From: an uncultured Lentisphaerales bacterium
GTDB lineage: Bacteria > Verrucomicrobiota > Lentisphaeria > JABSQK01 > UBA12247
DNA length: 38,531 nt
Reading direction: 5' to 3'
Assembly: GCA_943788985.1 (NCBI GenBank)
Contig: CALSSJ010000008.1
Span: 1 to 38,531, forward strand
The stretch's first letter is position 1, and every line of letters begins with the position of its first letter. Shown one piece after another: positions 36,889 to 38,531 of this stretch. The notes beneath the pieces are model-generated. The model was given only the letters and a program-made list of their open reading frames with translations, was not told the DNA's origin and made no database searches. The translations under genes and the position numbers were made by a program.

Positions 36889-38290
36889 CTACTCCTTCGC
36901 CATCGTTAGAGCTTTCGGGCTCTCCACAGAGCCAGCAGGTCGAACGTTCGCTTTCATCTCCAGATCGAAGCCCTGCATTGCTGCCTTAAGTTGCTGGACA
37001 ATCTCTGGGCGGCTGGAAGCCAGGTTCTTTTTCTCGCCGATATCGCGGTCCAAATTATACAATGCCTCCTTCGCGTCAATCACCCGCAGTTTCCAGGACT
37101 TCCAGCGAACCCCTTCCAGCACGCCCCAGTGGGCATAGAAGAAATATTCATGCGGGCTTTCTGCCCCAGCCACTAACGTGGGCATGATGTCCTTTCCATC
37201 GATCACGAGACCCTCAGGAAGTTGAGCGCCGCTGAGCTTTGCGAAGGTGGGAAGTACGTCCATGGCTGTGAGTAGTTGATCGTTCTCACTGCCTGCCGGG
37301 ATCCCTGCAGGCCAGCGGATCACGGTAGGTACCCGTTGCCCGCCCTCCAAGGTGCTACCTTTTTTTCCTCTCAGAGGTTTTGCGGAGCCTTTTGAAGGGC
37401 CGTTGTCAGTCGTAAAAAGCACGATGGTGTTTTCATCGATCCCCTGTTCCTTGAGCGCCGTAAGAATCTGTCCTACAGACCAATCGATTTCATAAATGGT
37501 GGCGGGAAAAATAGCAGGTTTGCCCTTGCCCCTCGCTTTGAGCTGTTGCGCGTATTCTTTTTTGATTTCAGGAGAGGCCGCCAAAGGACCGTGTGGCAGG
37601 GGGTGGGCGATGTAGAGGAAGAAGTTCTCGTCTTTATTCCGCTTGATGAAGTCGACCGCGCGCTCGGTGATGCGTCGTGTCAGGTAGTTGGCATCTGGGT
37701 CCAACTCGATGACGGTTTCACCCTCAAGCAAGGGGAGGGGGGGGGAACTTGAAAAACTTTTGATTCTTGTGCTTCGGATGGATGTCGTGACTGTAGGGAA
37801 TTCCGAAATACTCCTCAAAGCCTTGGCGCGTTGGTAAGAACTCGGGCTGGTCCCCCAAATGCCACTTGCCAAACATGCCCGTCTTGTAGCCTGCGGACTG
37901 CGCTACTTCGGCAATGGTAAGCTCCTTTGGGTTCAAGCCCCTGCCGTCGCCAGCCAAACACACAGGAAACTTCCTGCCCGGCGGAATGTGCTTCATCTTG
38001 ATTTCTAGCGAGGACGGCACGTCCATATCGATCCGTGCTGGATAGCAGCCAGTCATCAGAGCCGCACGTGAAGGCGTACAGAGTGGCGCAGCCACATAGA
38101 AGCTAGTTAGCCGCGCGCCCTCCTTTGCCATCTGATCAATATTTGGCGTGTAGACGTGCTTTCCACCGAAGCAGCTTAGGTCGGCGTAGCCTTGGTCATC
38201 GGTAAAAATAATGACTAGATTGGGTTTCTCTACAGCATAGGAAAGAACCGAACTGAAGAGAAGTAGGAGAAGTAGGTGCTGGATCTTGAT
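36889..38290 (-). CDS. Cys-type (formylglycine) sulfatase; frameshift at the G9 run 37737-37745; start uncertain
   Basis: Signal peptide, KPNLVIIFTDDQGY, CTPSRAALMTG, GKWHLG, FTTDNGP, GKKGSTLEGGQRVP, LYNLDRDIGE. Confidence 0.9.
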
Positions 38291-38327
38291 TAGCGTAGGG
38301 CCCGTTCGTTTGCAGTATTGGTAGGAA

Positions 38328-38356
38328 CTAGTGTAGTGATCCGTGAATAGCTGTAC
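38328..38356 (+). mobile_element. IS630-like terminal sequence just upstream of the sulfatase
   Basis: CTAGTGTAGTGATCCGTGAATAG resembles the other CTAGTGT ends; any partner end would lie beyond the window. Confidence 0.35.
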
Positions 38357-38531
38357 CTTTCGCGGGCTCTCCTCGACCACAGCCAGCATCAGCAATTCAC
38401 GACGATGACTAGCGCTTTCTACGGCGAGAGTTTTCGCCGATCGAATCGTGATAGCCGAGATCGCGTTTTGCGAAATCGAGTTGCTTCAGCAGTCGCTCGA
38501 CGATCTCTGGGTGATTGCTGGCAACATTGGT

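Overview
A ~58% GC bacterial chromosomal window, probably from a PVC-superphylum organism (Lentisphaerae/Kiritimatiellae-like; inferred from gene content and motif recall only). Left to right: a minus-strand run of purD, a tandem-YHS protein, mgtE, mlaA, mlaC and an MMPL/RND transporter (the first ~4.5 kb has many frameshifts that look like assembly indels); ecotin; a lipoprotein; a 167-bp CTAG-ended inverted-repeat element; a sigma54 activator with a divergent -24/-12 promoter; a stand-alone zinc-finger/HNH/AP2 protein whose nuclease site looks dead; hisD; an orphan TPP-dependent E1 alpha/beta pair; an AlgI/AlgJ/AlgX-type O-acetylation cluster flanked by a direct-repeat motif; purC with an MTA/MTI salvage pair; split pntAA/pntAB/pntB; GT2, PfkB kinase, asd, a TRAP fused permease, a small gene plus gspF/pilC; an IS1380 relic, a pilin-like gene relic, a LacI regulator and a sulfatase. 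No rRNA, tRNA or CRISPR array was seen. The best novelty candidates are the apparently domesticated nuclease-dead HNH-AP2 DNA-binding protein and the neighbouring sigma54 activator/promoter/long-hairpin arrangement. All family calls come from motif recognition by eye, not database searches.
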